64,000 nucleotides of DNA. Source: Octopus bimaculoides (Eukaryota). Numbering within the stretch: position 1 is the first letter of the stretch; each line of letters begins with the position of its first letter. Below are positions 13,251 to 26,645 of the stretch, piece after piece. Location: contig NC_068988.1 in assembly GCF_001194135.2 (NCBI RefSeq), positions 12,881,947 through 12,945,946 on the forward strand, in the 5' to 3' direction. A program made the translations under genes and the position numbers. The notes below the pieces were generated by a model that saw only the letters and a list, made by a program, of their open reading frames with translations, made no database searches and was not told the DNA's origin.

Positions 13251-15619
13251 GCCTTCCGTCACCACTTGAGAATTGGTGTTGGTTTGTTTATGCTCCCTTA
13301 ACTTAGCAGTGCAACATAAAGAGACCAATTGAATAAGTACCAAGCTTGAAAACAAACAATGGTGTCCATTTGTTTGACTAAACTTCTACAAGATGGTGCC
13401 CCAGAATGAATGAACAAGTAAAATATAAAAAGATAAAAAAGAGAAGATTGCATTAGTACAGTCTTGTAATGCATGTGGATTTTTGATAGTTGAGTAAAGG
13501 AGTCCCAGGTGATCCAAGTGAAAGGAAGGTGTGGAAGAGAAGGGTCAAAGAAGACAAGGGCAGGAGTAGTGAATAAAGAAAAAGAAAAGCAATAAGAGGT
13601 AAAATGTTATGGTAGCGAAGACCAGTCCAACCCACAACCATATGGAAAAAGACAATTATGATGAAAGCCATTTATGTTAATAACAAATGTTTCAAATGAA
13701 ATATTCAAGTATAACTGAGTTTTCAATAGTTTAAGTATAAAACATATCATATTTATGGAGCAATACTGATACAAGGAATAATTTTCAAAATCAGAAATGT
13801 TTACAATATGCAACCTCACAATTTGTTTTTGATAGTAAATCCACAGAATTTGCTAGGCATATTAAGTCAGAAAAAAATTTTAACAATAACAAATGAGTAG
13901 GAAAAAAAATTTGACAATAACAAATGAGAAGTAGACAAAAAATGATATTTTGGATTTAATAGGCTGCTTGATGGAGTGTAGTTCAGAGTCTGTTAGCTTG
14001 ATGCTTCACTTTTTTTTTTTCCTACTCATCACCATCAGCCATGCTGACACCACAAATTTACAATTACTATTGTTGCCAACTTTTACCAAACATACCATTT
14101 CATTCTCACCAGTACTTGTTAACCTACCTATCGTTCAATATAATATTTATTCCTTTGGTGGAATGCATTAGAAAACAATACTCTTGCATTAAATCTCAAC
14201 ATCGCATTTAATAGATCATATATTAAATCATAAATTTGTAACAGAGAATGGTACCCAGATCTAAAGTAATAACCTCTTTTCATTTCAATAACATAGTTAC
14301 GTATTTTATTATTCAAGGTATTCATAATAATCTAAATGTGAATTAACTCTCATCAGAATTGTCATTTCAAATTTAATTACGAAATGCTTTGTAGATTATT
14401 TACTCCATTATTTACATTTTTACATTTAGATTTTACTCAATTAGCAGGTACAAATTTCTGATAATTGGAAGGAAAAATTTTATGAAGATCTAATGTCCTA
14501 ATCAGCAACACTTGTGTTTATGTATTTAAAGTGAAACATGCTAATATAAAGACAACTCACATAAGAACCTGATAGGAACCTACATTTTACCAAAACTACA
14601 GTACAATGACCACTTATAACATGTTATGTTCAAATATCTAAAATGGCCCCAAAATTCTATGGTACCTGGTATAGGGATGATGGTGTAAATAATTTATTCC
14701 TGCTGAAGCATCAATGAGGTGTCCCACAAATTAGTCACATATTCTTTATTTGTATTATCCTAGGTTTTGTTTTTAAAAATACCAATATTTATATGTCCTT
14801 TCAATCACAATTAACCAACAAATTTGCGTATTTGTTAAATAGTTCATTTTAAATTTGTGTTGAAACATCAAAAGAACTAGTTATCAGACCTGATAAAATG
14901 AACAGTTAAAATCTGAATTAATAGATATAGCTACACCAACATATTTAAATTAAAAATTTTGAAGCTGATAAATGAAATTAATCTAATGAAATTTCTTTTT
15001 TCTGATAAATGGATACAAATATGAATGTAGTATGACTGACAAGTCAAATGCCAAACAGAAAAATCTTCAGAACAGCTGTTGTGATAACAATGATTAAAAA
15101 GTATGAAATAGTTCATGTAAGTACTGAGACTAATGCACTTTAAAGGAGGGAAAAAGAGGGGGGGAAATGAAAATCATTGATAACGCACATGGAATTTATA
15201 GAAATTAAGATAAACTACTCTTGCTTTGATCTAAAAGTGGAATTAGTAAATGGTATAAGATAATTTATAGGTAGATGAGGCTTTAATAAATTACTGAGAG
15301 AACCCTATTAATAACACCTTCAAAAATACAGGACATTTTATAAGGAACTTTATAATCCTCAAAAAAATATAAAACTAATCAATAAATTCTTTTTGTAAAC
15401 ATGTACTATCTATTATCAAATCCTTTATATTCTAACAATTATTTTGGTAACCTGTGTGCAAGAATGAAGATAATTTGAACAATTCACAGCTAAGAGGAAT
15501 GTAGAATAAAACTGGCAGCTTTTCTTGTCAAGGCCAACTAAACACAAACTTAGACATGAAAAATATACCACTTATCAACTTCTGATGACATTGAAAAATA
15601 AATACAAAACTATACTAGT

Positions 15620-16110
15620 TTCAGGCACTGGACAGTGCTCATGCTGGAATAATGTCTTATAAGGTATAGTCAATTTCAATGACTCCATCAAATATTTTAT
15701 GGACTGGCCTAGTATGGCTGTGTGGTTAAGAGGTTTCCTTCCAAACCACATGGTTTCAAGTTCAGTCCCTACTGTATGGCACCTTGGGCAAGTGTCTTCT
15801 ATAATTACCTTGGGCCAACCAAAGACCTGAGTGGATTTGGCAGATGGGAACTGAAAGAAGCCCATCATATGCGATTGTGTGTTTCCACATCTTGACATAC
15901 CACAATAGTTGCAAACAAGTTTCATCATCAAATAAGCAGTGTTGTTGTCAATCTTCAGTGTAAATATGTCTGGCTATAGAAAGGAAATTCTTTGCTTGGA
16001 AACAGGTGAGGGTTGGCGACAAGAGCATCTGGCGATAGAAAAATCTAACTCAATAAATTCAATCTGACCTATGCAAGCATGGAAAAGTGAACATTAAAAC
16101 AATGATGTAC
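15620..16110. mobile_element. SINE-like repeat(s)
   Basis: TGTGTGGTTAAGAGGTTTCCTTCCAAACCACATGGTTTCAAGTTCAGTCCC head followed by an RTE-type tail GGAAAAGTGAACATTAAAACAATGATG. Near copies at 24285-24765 and 62995-63335. Confidence 0.75.
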
Positions 16111-16730
16111 GTATTTTATTGACAATAGAAGGATGGAAAGCAACGCAGACCTGCGCAAGACAACCAATTACCACAAGATGTTTTGTCCAACATTTTACTG
16201 ACTCATTCATCCACTCGCAATTTTTGAAGATAAACCTGTAATATTTCTAAGAAAGCGATAAGCTGGAAAAAAATTCTTTAGAAAATATTGGTATTTATAA
16301 TTACAGCAGCAAAATAAGAACATTTACCAAGCCACAATTTACTGGTCACAGCTTGAACACAGCTAAAGGAATAGTAATGTGTATAAAGCACCTTTATAAC
16401 TGGGTGATATGATGTGTAAAACAATAAAGCAGAGCAGTCAATTTTAATTTGTTAGAATGAATTCTATATTTATTATTTATTTATAAAATGAAACAATGAC
16501 AGAAAGTGCTCGGGATGGGCTTCAATTCCCAAAATTGTTTAATAAAAACAACAGAAGCAGTATTAGACTAATAAAGTAAACATCTGTATATCATACTTCA
16601 ACCAATTACATCACGAAAAGGCAAATTAACTATGGTATTCATCCAGAGACGATATCGCTTCTGGACAGACTGCATTTAAAAACACATATATATATCAACA
16701 GATGAAAATTATCCAGCAGCATGTACTCAC

Positions 16731-16789
16731 TGTTAAATGTACCACATGCTAAGACAAAATCTGTTGTCACTGATATAGGAAAACAGTGA
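16731..16789 (-). other. 59-nt cassette exon candidate
   Basis: TTTTTCAG acceptor and ACA|GTGAGT donor. Open after MPV, but shifts the frame for the next exon. Confidence 0.25.
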
Positions 16790-17698
16790 CTGAAAAACCA
16801 CTGGTCTGACAATTAGCTGCCTGGCCAAATAAAAAAACCTTTTATATACAACAGCAATATTAGATTAAAATAGCCTTAAGAGAAAATACATAAAGAGAGA
16901 CAAAGCACAAATAACCAAGGAACATGTGCATGTTACATTTTAGATTGGCTGCAGTACAGAAGGCTCAAACAAGTGCAAAGACATGGAACAGTTGGCAACA
17001 CATCCAGCTGTATTTATCCAAGAGGAACTCGGGGATATGTCTAGTACCATAATATCAGTCTTACTTGAATACCACTCTCTTCAATGATTTATAAACAGGA
17101 GAAATGAAAGTATTGAAAGAACAAAAGTATTCAATACAAGTAAATCAATAAGGACTATTTTGTATAGTAGTGCCAAAAATTATTACACATGAAATAAAAA
17201 TTAGTAGTAATACACTTAATTTTCAAAAATTAAAATCTGGGTAGCAGCAAAAATTTTCAATAAAAAATTTGAAATTTGTCTAAAGACTTCTCATACGAAT
17301 GGGACTGTCCTGGGACTTCAACCTTGTTGATAAGATGATAAAAATTTATATTCTGAACGGTTGTCACCTAATTTTCAAATAAGTCATAGTGCTGACAATT
17401 TCAATATTTTAATACTACTCTCCCTTAACGAAAAAATATTTTTAATACTCGAAATGAATACTAATAGTTTTAAATAAATGAAAACTCTAAACTGATTTAT
17501 TGCTAAACATGTTATGATACAGTCAATGGAGTCTCGCCAAATTTATTGCCCAACTTTATCTTAAAGCAGATTGTCGAACATCTGTTTATGTCAACAGTGA
17601 AAACCACATAAACCAATTGATTGAAGTACTGGAGTGCTTATTGTTTGTGAATTACTGAGTTTTTATAAATATTGCATAATCAAAGTAGTTTCACTTAC

Positions 17699-18816
17699 CA
17701 GCTAGTGAAAGGACTATCAAGAGTGCAAAATGTACGAAATAACATGCTCTACTTGCTGCTGTATCAAGGAGATTTTCTCCAGTTCCTCCATCCAGCTTTG
17801 CCTCATCTGCTTCCCCATCATTTCCTAACAAACTCAGACACTTGTTTCTAACGTTCATGCATATAAATCTTATGGGGCATCCTATTGCCAAACTGCTCTT
17901 TTCAACACGTTTATAAATGTCAAAGGAAACAAAGGTCTCATTGTTCCTTGTTCAACACTAAGCATAAGTTAATACAAAATACATCAAACATCATAAAATA
18001 GTGCCAATTCTTGCTAAGCTCTTCCATACTCTTCTCTATACAATATACACATGTACCCTCATTTTCAAAGAGAACAGCTCCTTGAACCCAATTCACTTTT
18101 GCTCTTACAAAAATGATCATGATTGATAACCACCAGTATAGGTTCCAAAAAGCCCATTAGACAGCTCATGTCCATCATAATGAGTTCTCTTGAATCAACA
18201 ACCACACACTCTTATGTTGACATGCTCCCTAAATTCCTTCAAATCATCAAAAGCTATTATTGGACATAAACTTCTTCCATTAATAACCCTTTCTAAATAT
18301 GTTGCAATAATGATATTGTGGAAAATAGTTCATTCAATACCACCAAATAACAGGCAATACACAAAAGATCCCAACTCCTTTATCTCCTCTACAAATAATG
18401 CAAAAACTAGTAATCTGAACCCCTCATAGTGGTTACTCTTCAGCAAAATTACACTGTAAAAGTTGGATTTTCTTTTCATGGTCAAAAAACACTTCAACCA
18501 CAAGCCTTGCATAATCAAAAATCCATTTCACACTAGAACCATTAATATATCAGCAATAATGCAATAAAATACATTCTATACCACAAATTAAAAATTTCCT
18601 GCATCTTCTACACTAACAATAAATACTGGGCATTGAACTTTAATTTGCAAAGTAAACACCACCTAAATCTACTTTTGCTTCATTATATTTTGTTTCTTAT
18701 TCTCTGTACTAAAATACTCCAATCCTTTCACATGCTCTCTTTTCAAGCACTAACCAACAATAATCCAAATTAGTTTGTTAATCTCAAATTGTTCTAATTT
18801 ACCAAATTAGGTGAAC
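17699..18816 (-). other. Long non-coding (PTC-containing) cassette exon candidate with several possible 3' splice sites
   Basis: Consensus donor CTG|GTAAGT at 17699. Acceptors at 18816 (GCTTTTCTAG), ~18704-18708 and 18228. Purine-rich GAAGAG/GGAGGAA body; all frames contain stops; not recognisable as a repeat. Confidence 0.45.
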
Positions 18817-19539
18817 CTAGAAAAGCTCTATTATAAAAATGTAAACTCAGTTTAACAAAGGAAAAGTTTCTAAACCTAAAACTCTATACTTTAAAAAATC
18901 ATTAGTCATTTAACACAACCATGGAGTGCATAACTCAGCCAACTAGATCAGGAGTTAAAAAAAACTACCAAAAATTCATACATCTTAAAACGAACACCAA
19001 GTGCACTGTAATGAAGATGAACTTAGGATATCATACTATAAAATATCAAATGTTTTGTCCATCCTCTAAGTTACTAAAAATTCTCCAGAATCAGATGAGT
19101 TTTATCCCACTATTTCCAAAACTTCAATAAAATGTTTTAAAAATCTGGAATCAAATGATTAATTTGTTTAGCAGATGTTAGTCTTCTATTGAATTACAGC
19201 AAGGAACCTGCTTCAAGCAAGGATTAGTGACCTTGTTCAGCATAAAAGTAGACAACTTTCTATTACCTGATTGACTTTAAAGTATTTCAGCAAACAAGAC
19301 TTACAGAGTGAGTAAATAAACTGTCCAGTCAGTTTACTCAGTACTAATGGTAAATGTAGTAACAATTGCTTTTAATAGAGACACAAGGCCAGAAATTTTA
19401 AAAGTGAAGCTAATAAAATTGATTAGTGCATGACTGGTATTTTATTTTATTGACTTCTAAGGGACAAAAGGCCAAGCTGACCTCAATGGAGATTTGAACT
19501 CCGTACAGTTCTGCCAATCCACCACCCTTATAAAAGCAA

Positions 19540-20860
19540 TTGCTATTATCACACCCATTTTTCCATGCTTGCAAGGGACAAATGGTTTTCTCCAGTACAG
19601 TGTTATGCCACTTGTTGCTGTCCTTTGTCATTTCCTTCATGGCGTCCAGCCTCTTGAGATCAGTCCTCACCATTTCTTCTCTTCTGCAGCTTCTTTCCAT
19701 TTGGATCACTTGGCATTTTTGTACACCTCATGTGTATACCAGCAGTCTTCTCTCTTGCACAATGCATTTTATTCCTCTTATATTTAGCTTTTCTATCAAC
19801 TTATTTGTACATACTGTTGCCCAGTAGAGTATGCTCTTATTTCTTTCCAGCCTTCATACATCCTCCACATTCAATGTCCATGTTTTGCTACTATTCAACA
19901 TCACACAATATGCCTTTCACTTGGAGAGATAATTCCTTTGTTATTAGAAGATGCAATAAATTCTCAACCATTTCCACTCCATTCTTACTCTGGCTACCAT
20001 GATTTTGGAACACTGCTAATTAGATCACATAGGTAAGAGACGCTACAAATTACTCCTACTGAAACTTCCAAGCATTTTAAAGAATATATTTCACAGGTGC
20101 TCCCACAGACAACTATTCCCATGCAACTACACAGCTTTCTTCTCTCTCAGCCTGCTTGTAATTCCACTTCACAGCTGAAGCACCCATAGTTTACGTTAGG
20201 AAGTGCATACCTACTTCTTTTCTGCATTCTAAGTATGGCCACAACTCAGATGACAATGGAGCAGTCTTCTAACAGAAATTGAGAAAGAATACCAGTAGTA
20301 TCCATCACAGTACAAACCTAAATTGCATCCCATCTTTGCTAATTCCTCATCAGTGGTTCAATAACCATTTTTGTTACTTTCACAACTTGGTCCATCAATC
20401 TGATGCTTTTATGGAGGCTTCATTCTTTTGTTTTGTAGCTGTTGATTACACTACATTACTAATTATGCATGTTGCTAGCATGTGTTGTATTTTATTATGT
20501 ATCTTCAGCTACTTTCCCTGCCTTAAATCTTTAATCATGCCACCAAATATATAGTTGTCACCTTCAATAGCTGATGTCTATTCAGGTTGTTTTGAGGTAG
20601 TCTCTTCCATGCGTTCCCCGAGTACCCTCTCGTAATAACATTTTCAGACCCTTTCTTTTAGCTTCCTGTGAGGGCAAGTGTGCTACTATCATTCCATACA
20701 AACTTTTCCCACGACATCTGCACTACCACACAGCTTTGTAATCTGGAACATTTTGTGCCTTTGATCATCAATAACAATTCAATAATTATAGTAATCTCTC
20801 AACTATCGCAGGTGTTACATTCCAAAACCACCTCCCACAATAGGTGAAAATCCACCAAAT
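19540..20860 (-). mobile_element. Degraded RTE LINE remnant (3' end and parts of the ORF)
   Basis: ORF 19410-19709 (EEMVRTDLKRLDAMKEMTKDSNKWHNTVLEK) resembles the RTE C-terminus; upstream pieces resemble decayed RT. Confidence 0.6.
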
Positions 20861-22230
20861 AGAAACAGTTCTGTATATTTTTTATCATTTTTATAATTTG
20901 TATACATTGATATGGTGTGATATGGTGAGGGGTTATTGTATATCATTTGCAAAGCAAGAAATTGAGATTTTCTTTGTGATGATCTAATGTTATGAAAAGA
21001 CAATTAGAGACACAAACACAAATATATATTTGAAATTTGAGAATTACTTCATAGTTTTTGAAGTGTAAAGGTGATTTTGTTTTTCTAGTATGTACACACA
21101 CACAAAGAAAAAATCTTTTTATCACTGTTTTAATTTGAAATTACTTGGCATAAAATAACAAAAGTATGTTACTAATTGCCAGAAATAATAAAAATTGTGT
21201 CTCCTATTTTGCTATGTGATAATAGTCTGCAAGTTCATTGCTCTGACAAAGATTTTATCTGAATAAATTATCTAGACACAATAATAATGAACACCATTCT
21301 CAGGCTTCAACATGTATATTTCGTTTAATGCTTAGATTTAAAGAACTCTTTATTTTTCTATATTGAAACTTTTAACCAGTTTTCCTAAAATCACACATCT
21401 CCTGACCAAATCGTAAGCCCTCTTGCTTGCCAGCTCCTGTCAGACCATCCAATCCATGCCAGTATGGAAAACGGACGTTAGATGATGATGATTGTCAAAA
21501 GGCCTTCTATAAGTAAACATATGATGTGTATAGGAGCACACTACAAGCTAAGTACTTTACCTACAGTTGTCTCCTGCTGACAGCACCAATAATAGCTCTT
21601 CCTGAAACAAAGCTGAACTGCATTTTATCTAAGCTAATTCTGTTCCTAATCAGTTGTGCTATGACTAAAAGAAACTTTCATAACCTGATCAATCAACTTA
21701 ATGCCTTCATAATTTCCTCTCCCTAGTTCATTTTTACTCTTGTAACAGTTAATGAAGACACTGTTACCTTAGTGACTGTATGATGATTAACTATGCATGT
21801 GATGAGTACATGAACTAACCCTGCCAGATATTTTCAGCATTTCTGCAACTAAACCCGACAGTCCAACCACCTTCTCTACCTCATATTCTTAATCATTCTA
21901 TCTACCATTCAGCAATCAACCTGGATAGTTGATCCTTCTGTTGGGTCCACTAAGAATAGGCCCCTCTCTGTGTGCATTTACCTCATTTATCAGTATCTTA
22001 TATTAGAAGTACGATACACACTTAGAAAGACTGGACAAAAGGATATAGCAAAGAGCATTACCAAACAGCGAGATACAAGGCATACTTAGCTAGAAGAGAA
22101 AAGAAACTAAAGAGTTCACTACATGAGGAGTTCAAGATTGAAGCACTTAGCTTATAGTATGCTATGTACCTAGCATATGTTTATATATATAAGGCCTTTG
22201 ACAATATTGCACTTCGAAAATGTTATATGT

Positions 22231-22680
22231 GGGTTTATCATCATTTAACGTCTGCTTTCCATGCTGGCATGGGTTGGACAATTTGACTGACTGGCAAACC
22301 AGATGGCTGCACCAGGCTCCAATCTGATCTGGCAGAGTTTCTATAGCTGGATGCCCTTCCTAACACCAACCACTCCGAGAGTGTAGTGGGTGCTTTTACA
22401 TGTCACCGGCACAAGGACCAGTCAGGCAGTACTGGCAATGGCCACACTCAAATGGTGTTTTTTATGTGCTACCTGCACAGAAGCCAGTCTGGTGGCATTG
22501 GCAACGACCTCGCTCAAATTTTTTTTTTTTCGGGCCACCAGCACAAGTGCCAGTAAGGCAACACTGGTAATGATCACGCTCAAATGGTGCTTTTTATGTG
22601 CCACCAGCATGGAAGCCTCAGACGGTGCTGTTGGCGCTCCACTGGCACAGGTGCCAGTCATCAAATTTGATTCAATTTCA
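22231..22680 (-). mobile_element. SINE-like repeat with internal tandem subrepeats
   Basis: Tail ATCATCATTTAACGTCTGCTTTCCATGCTGGCATGG plus three ~60-70 bp internal repeats (...GCTCAAATGGTG...ATGTGCCACC). A related copy lies at 23370-23720. Confidence 0.8.
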
Positions 22681-25146
22681 CAGGTGATATATAAGAGTGA
22701 CAAATTCACCAACTTCTAGGCCCCTTTATTTTCAGTATCAGTGAGAAAAAATGTGCTACAATCATTTTAAATACATTTCTCCTCTACAATGTCCCCAGGA
22801 CACTATTTTTCAATAATGAACTCCTTACTTTCTGTTTCTCCTCTAAGTATACCTTGTATCCAGCTTCTGTTCTAGCTACTTGGTCAATGCCCTCTATTAC
22901 ATCCTTTCTTCTAATCTTTCCAAGTGTGTATCATATATAAGTTCTGTAATGTAAATGACCTAACCAGGAAATAGAGGTCAGTCATCTGATCTACCTACCA
23001 ATTAAGCAAACACACAAGATAAACTTTAGTAACCAGGAAACAGAATATGCAACTAGTTGTGAACATTATAAACTTCCCTTGCAAAAAAATGGATAACTCA
23101 ACATTAACTAGTGATCAACAAACTCAGAATCAGAGGTAGACAAGATATGGAAGCTGAAAGATTCCTCAACCAGATATTGCTCCAAAGAAGTTCTGGTTGA
23201 TATGCAAGACTTAGAACGTACGAGATAATCGGAAGTTTTTACAAAACAACCAATTGTAAGCATCAGATCAGATAAAGGATAGAACAAGCATCATGCAGAC
23301 AGGTGATATGGTTGAGTAGATTAATCCTAAACACAAAAAGACAGTCAGGGCGAGAAGGCTGGCATCTACCACATTCAGATGGTGCTTTTTACATGCCACC
23401 AGCATGGTTAGCCAGTCAAGGGGACACTGGCAATGGCCCACGCATGCATGGTGCTTATTGCGTGCCACCAGCATGGGAGCTAGTCAGGCGGCACTGGCAT
23501 CGGCCACAACTACAATTTCCATTTGCTTGTGATTAGATTTTACTTGACACAATAGGTCTCCTCAAACATGGAATGTCGCCTAACGATTCAAAGGTATTTT
23601 TCAAATGGGCTGATTATGTGACACTGGTGCAGGCTACAGCTGTGATCCCACTTTACTTGCCGGGTCTTCTCAATCACAGCATATCTCCAGAGGTCTCCGT
23701 CTTTTCAATAATGCATATTGGCAAAGTATATATATCAGTAAGAAAACTTAAATAGTGATTTATGAACAGAGTCCCATAATGTATTATTTTCCAACTGAGC
23801 TAGAAGTTCCCTTATCTTGCATCAGAAATTCAATGAAATAGTCACTATAATATAAAATTTACATAGCTTTTGTGTAGGAAAGTAAAGAAACGCTAAATAT
23901 TTTATGAAATTTTAAACCTGATTACCTTACAAAATTTCATAGTTAAAATTTATCTATAACAGAAGGGGAAAATTTCCTTCAAAATCAAATCATTCAGTCT
24001 TAAAACCATAAGCTATTCTATATGAAAGTAAACACACACATACATACAAAACTACTGACCTGAAGAGAAATTATTTTTTATATTTTAAACACAGAGAACA
24101 TTTTTGTTTTAAATATTATGAAGGTCATAGGCAAGGTGACATAACTATTAAAACATTAAACAGGTTAATAAAATATATGTAACACTTAAGGAAAAAAAAA
24201 AGCCAATTTGAAACATAACCCAGTTTTACAATGGATGGAGGTTATATAAATAAATTCATACTCACTCTTTTTACACACACAGGTAGGGGAAGGGTTGTGT
24301 AGTGAAGTTTGTTTCCTAACCATGTGGTTTCAAGTTCAGTCCTACTGCATGGCATCTTTGGCATGTGACTTCAACTGTAACCACAGGTCAGCCAAAGCCC
24401 TGTGAATGGATTTGGCAGATGGAAACTCAAAGCCCAACATGTATGTACATAGATACGCATGTGTGTGCGTGCGTGCAAGAGTTCATATTTCTTGCGTCTT
24501 TACACAAAGTTGTAAAGAATGGCACCACTGACTACACTGTTGTTTACTTGCAGTCCACTGCCAAAGCATGTCTGGACTTTTTGACATATTTCATGATCTC
24601 CCTGTAAACATGTCCAGGTTGTTTGTTATTCAAAAATCAGATTATCTCATTTGGAAACAAGTAGAGGTTGGCAACAGAAAGGGCATGTACCCATAAAAAA
24701 AAACTACCTTGACATATTCGCATCAGACCCATGCAATGCACTAATAGATGTTAAAACAATGATGATACACACACAAACACATTTGCAGTTACTTCAAAGT
24801 TTAGTTTTCATTCACCTACATTTCTCAGGTTAGAAAAAGATAATAGAAGTTTAGGTGCAAGAAGATAAATTTAACTGTACATGTTTTTAAACTTCAAGTG
24901 AGGATAATTTTAATTATTGAATTTTACAAATCAATAGTAATACCTGATTAGAAATCAGTGCTAATCATATCGAAAATTAATTACAGAATTTTTTTTTTTA
25001 AATTGTTTTCAATTCTTTTTGTACTTTAGTCCTATACTTTCCAAATATAATTTCTATAAAACAATATTACACTATTATCAGTGCTTTTAGGCACATGACA
25101 TTAACAAAATTTTGTTTGTTGTATTGTTTTTCTCTAAAATACCTAC

Positions 25147-25220
25147 CTGGCTGCACTGGTTTAGCTGGTTAATTATTCTCCCTAGAAAACTACTTTTATT
25201 TCTCCAAACATGAAATATTT
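25147..25220 (-). other. Small cassette exon candidate (35 nt from 25181 or 74 nt from 25220)
   Basis: Donor CAG|GTAGGT at 25147. Acceptors GTTTTCTAG (25181) and TTATCCTCAG (25220). Both forms give an early stop after MPVR. Confidence 0.35.
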
Positions 25221-25329
25221 CTGAGGATAACATCTTGTTTTAAATAACGAAAAAATAGTGAACATAATATATATTTATTGAACCATTTCATATATTTCTC
25301 CCTTTTGCCCAATGAGCCAATTATCCATC

Positions 25330-26090
25330 TTGCTCCCACCCTTACAAAAAGATTATGAGAAACAGCATCTTAGATCAACTATGGCCAAGAAAATGAACCC
25401 TGACATATCACTTGGAGCATAGATTATATCAGCTTTCTGAAACTGCCTCCTCTTCCCCAGTAATATATGCCTTTTTTCTTCATTTTTATATCTTCTTCCA
25501 TGTTCTAACATCTTAGTAACAAAACTCCAAATTGTAAGATATAGATACAGTATACATTTAGAACTACTTGAAGCTTTTCAACTACAGCCCCTTATACAAG
25601 AGAAATATGTTTCCAGGTAGTACCTTGATGTAAGTGACTGCTTATCATGGCACCTCTCATCTATAAACAAATGTTTGATGCATCACCATTTAATCTTAGT
25701 TACTGACCAAATCTTTAGCATGTAACTTTTGCCAAACCCAGGCTCTTGTTCTTTATGCTTCCTATATACCAGTTGAAATTTATCAATCAGATTTATAATT
25801 GTATTTTCTGTATCAGTGCTGCTGAAACATCTAACTGTTGCCCTTTTTCTTTTACCAGCACATTTTTCAATGTCCCCTTTGCAACAATTAAATGTCCTCC
25901 GTCCCCCTTTTTAATGACCATACTACACCAGACCAGTAGTTGAGTTCCAGGTACTATCTTGATGTGGCTCAGTACTTACAATACCACCTTACTATAATTA
26001 AGTCATTGTTTGAGGCATCAGTTCTTTGACCTTAGTTATTGGTACAACCTTTAGCACATGGCTCTGGGGTCACATGCTAAAGGGATGCAT
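25330..26090 (-). mobile_element. Degraded RTE LINE endonuclease-region remnant
   Basis: Decayed coding-like sequence resembling the APE region of the other RTE copies; no intact ORF. Confidence 0.4.
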
Positions 26091-26262
26091 CCTTTGTGCT
26101 TAATTTATGTATATACACAGGTATGTACCCATATAAGCTACCAGGTATAGTTATATTTTTTGTTTATACACACATGCTGATTGTTTATGTGAGGGCAGAG
26201 ACCTATTTGTATGTATGTATGTATGTGTATATATATGACAGTCTGTTAAAGTCTGTCATACC

Positions 26263-26302
26263 GGCCATGACGAAGGGAAATAGCCCTGAAACTCGAGTCG
26301 CC
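26263..26302 (+). ncRNA. Minimal type I hammerhead-ribozyme-like motif (Penelope-type), core slightly altered
   Basis: GGC-C(A)TGACGA-AGGG AAATAG CCCT-GAAA-CTCGAG-TC-GCC: stem I GGC/GCC, 4-bp stem II, palindromic stem III ACTCGAGT, GUC triplet. Confidence 0.6.
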
Positions 26303-26558
26303 TTTATATATTTGATCCTTTATATTGAACACTCAATATTTCATCTACATTCAATACTTTCTTTCATGGTGCCATTGATTTTTATTTTATTTTATTTTAT
26401 ATATTGTATATTCCATATTCTATACCCCACATTGGTTCTGCAGGAATATAAATAAAACATAAAAAACAGACAGTGTTGAAACTCTTTTAAACTAAATAAT
26501 ATATTCCTCTATACACAATCATACAAAAAAAACCACCTTTTTTGTATTTATTTTTACT

Positions 26559-26562
<4 letters not shown>

Positions 26563-26640
<78 letters not shown>

Positions 26641-26645
26641 CATAG
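26563..26645. repeat. (TA)n(CA)n microsatellite
   Basis: Direct reading. Similar tracts at ~34049, 37080, 37895, 41095, 44670, 46510 and 61953; (CT)n at 37505; (GA)n at 53148; (CTAT)n at 54386; (ATCA)n at 62099. Confidence 0.95.

Noticed and set aside
22390-22680. Regularly spaced internal repeats that could suggest a CRISPR-like array
   Set aside because: Degenerate subrepeats of a SINE family in eukaryotic DNA; no unique spacers and no cas genes.
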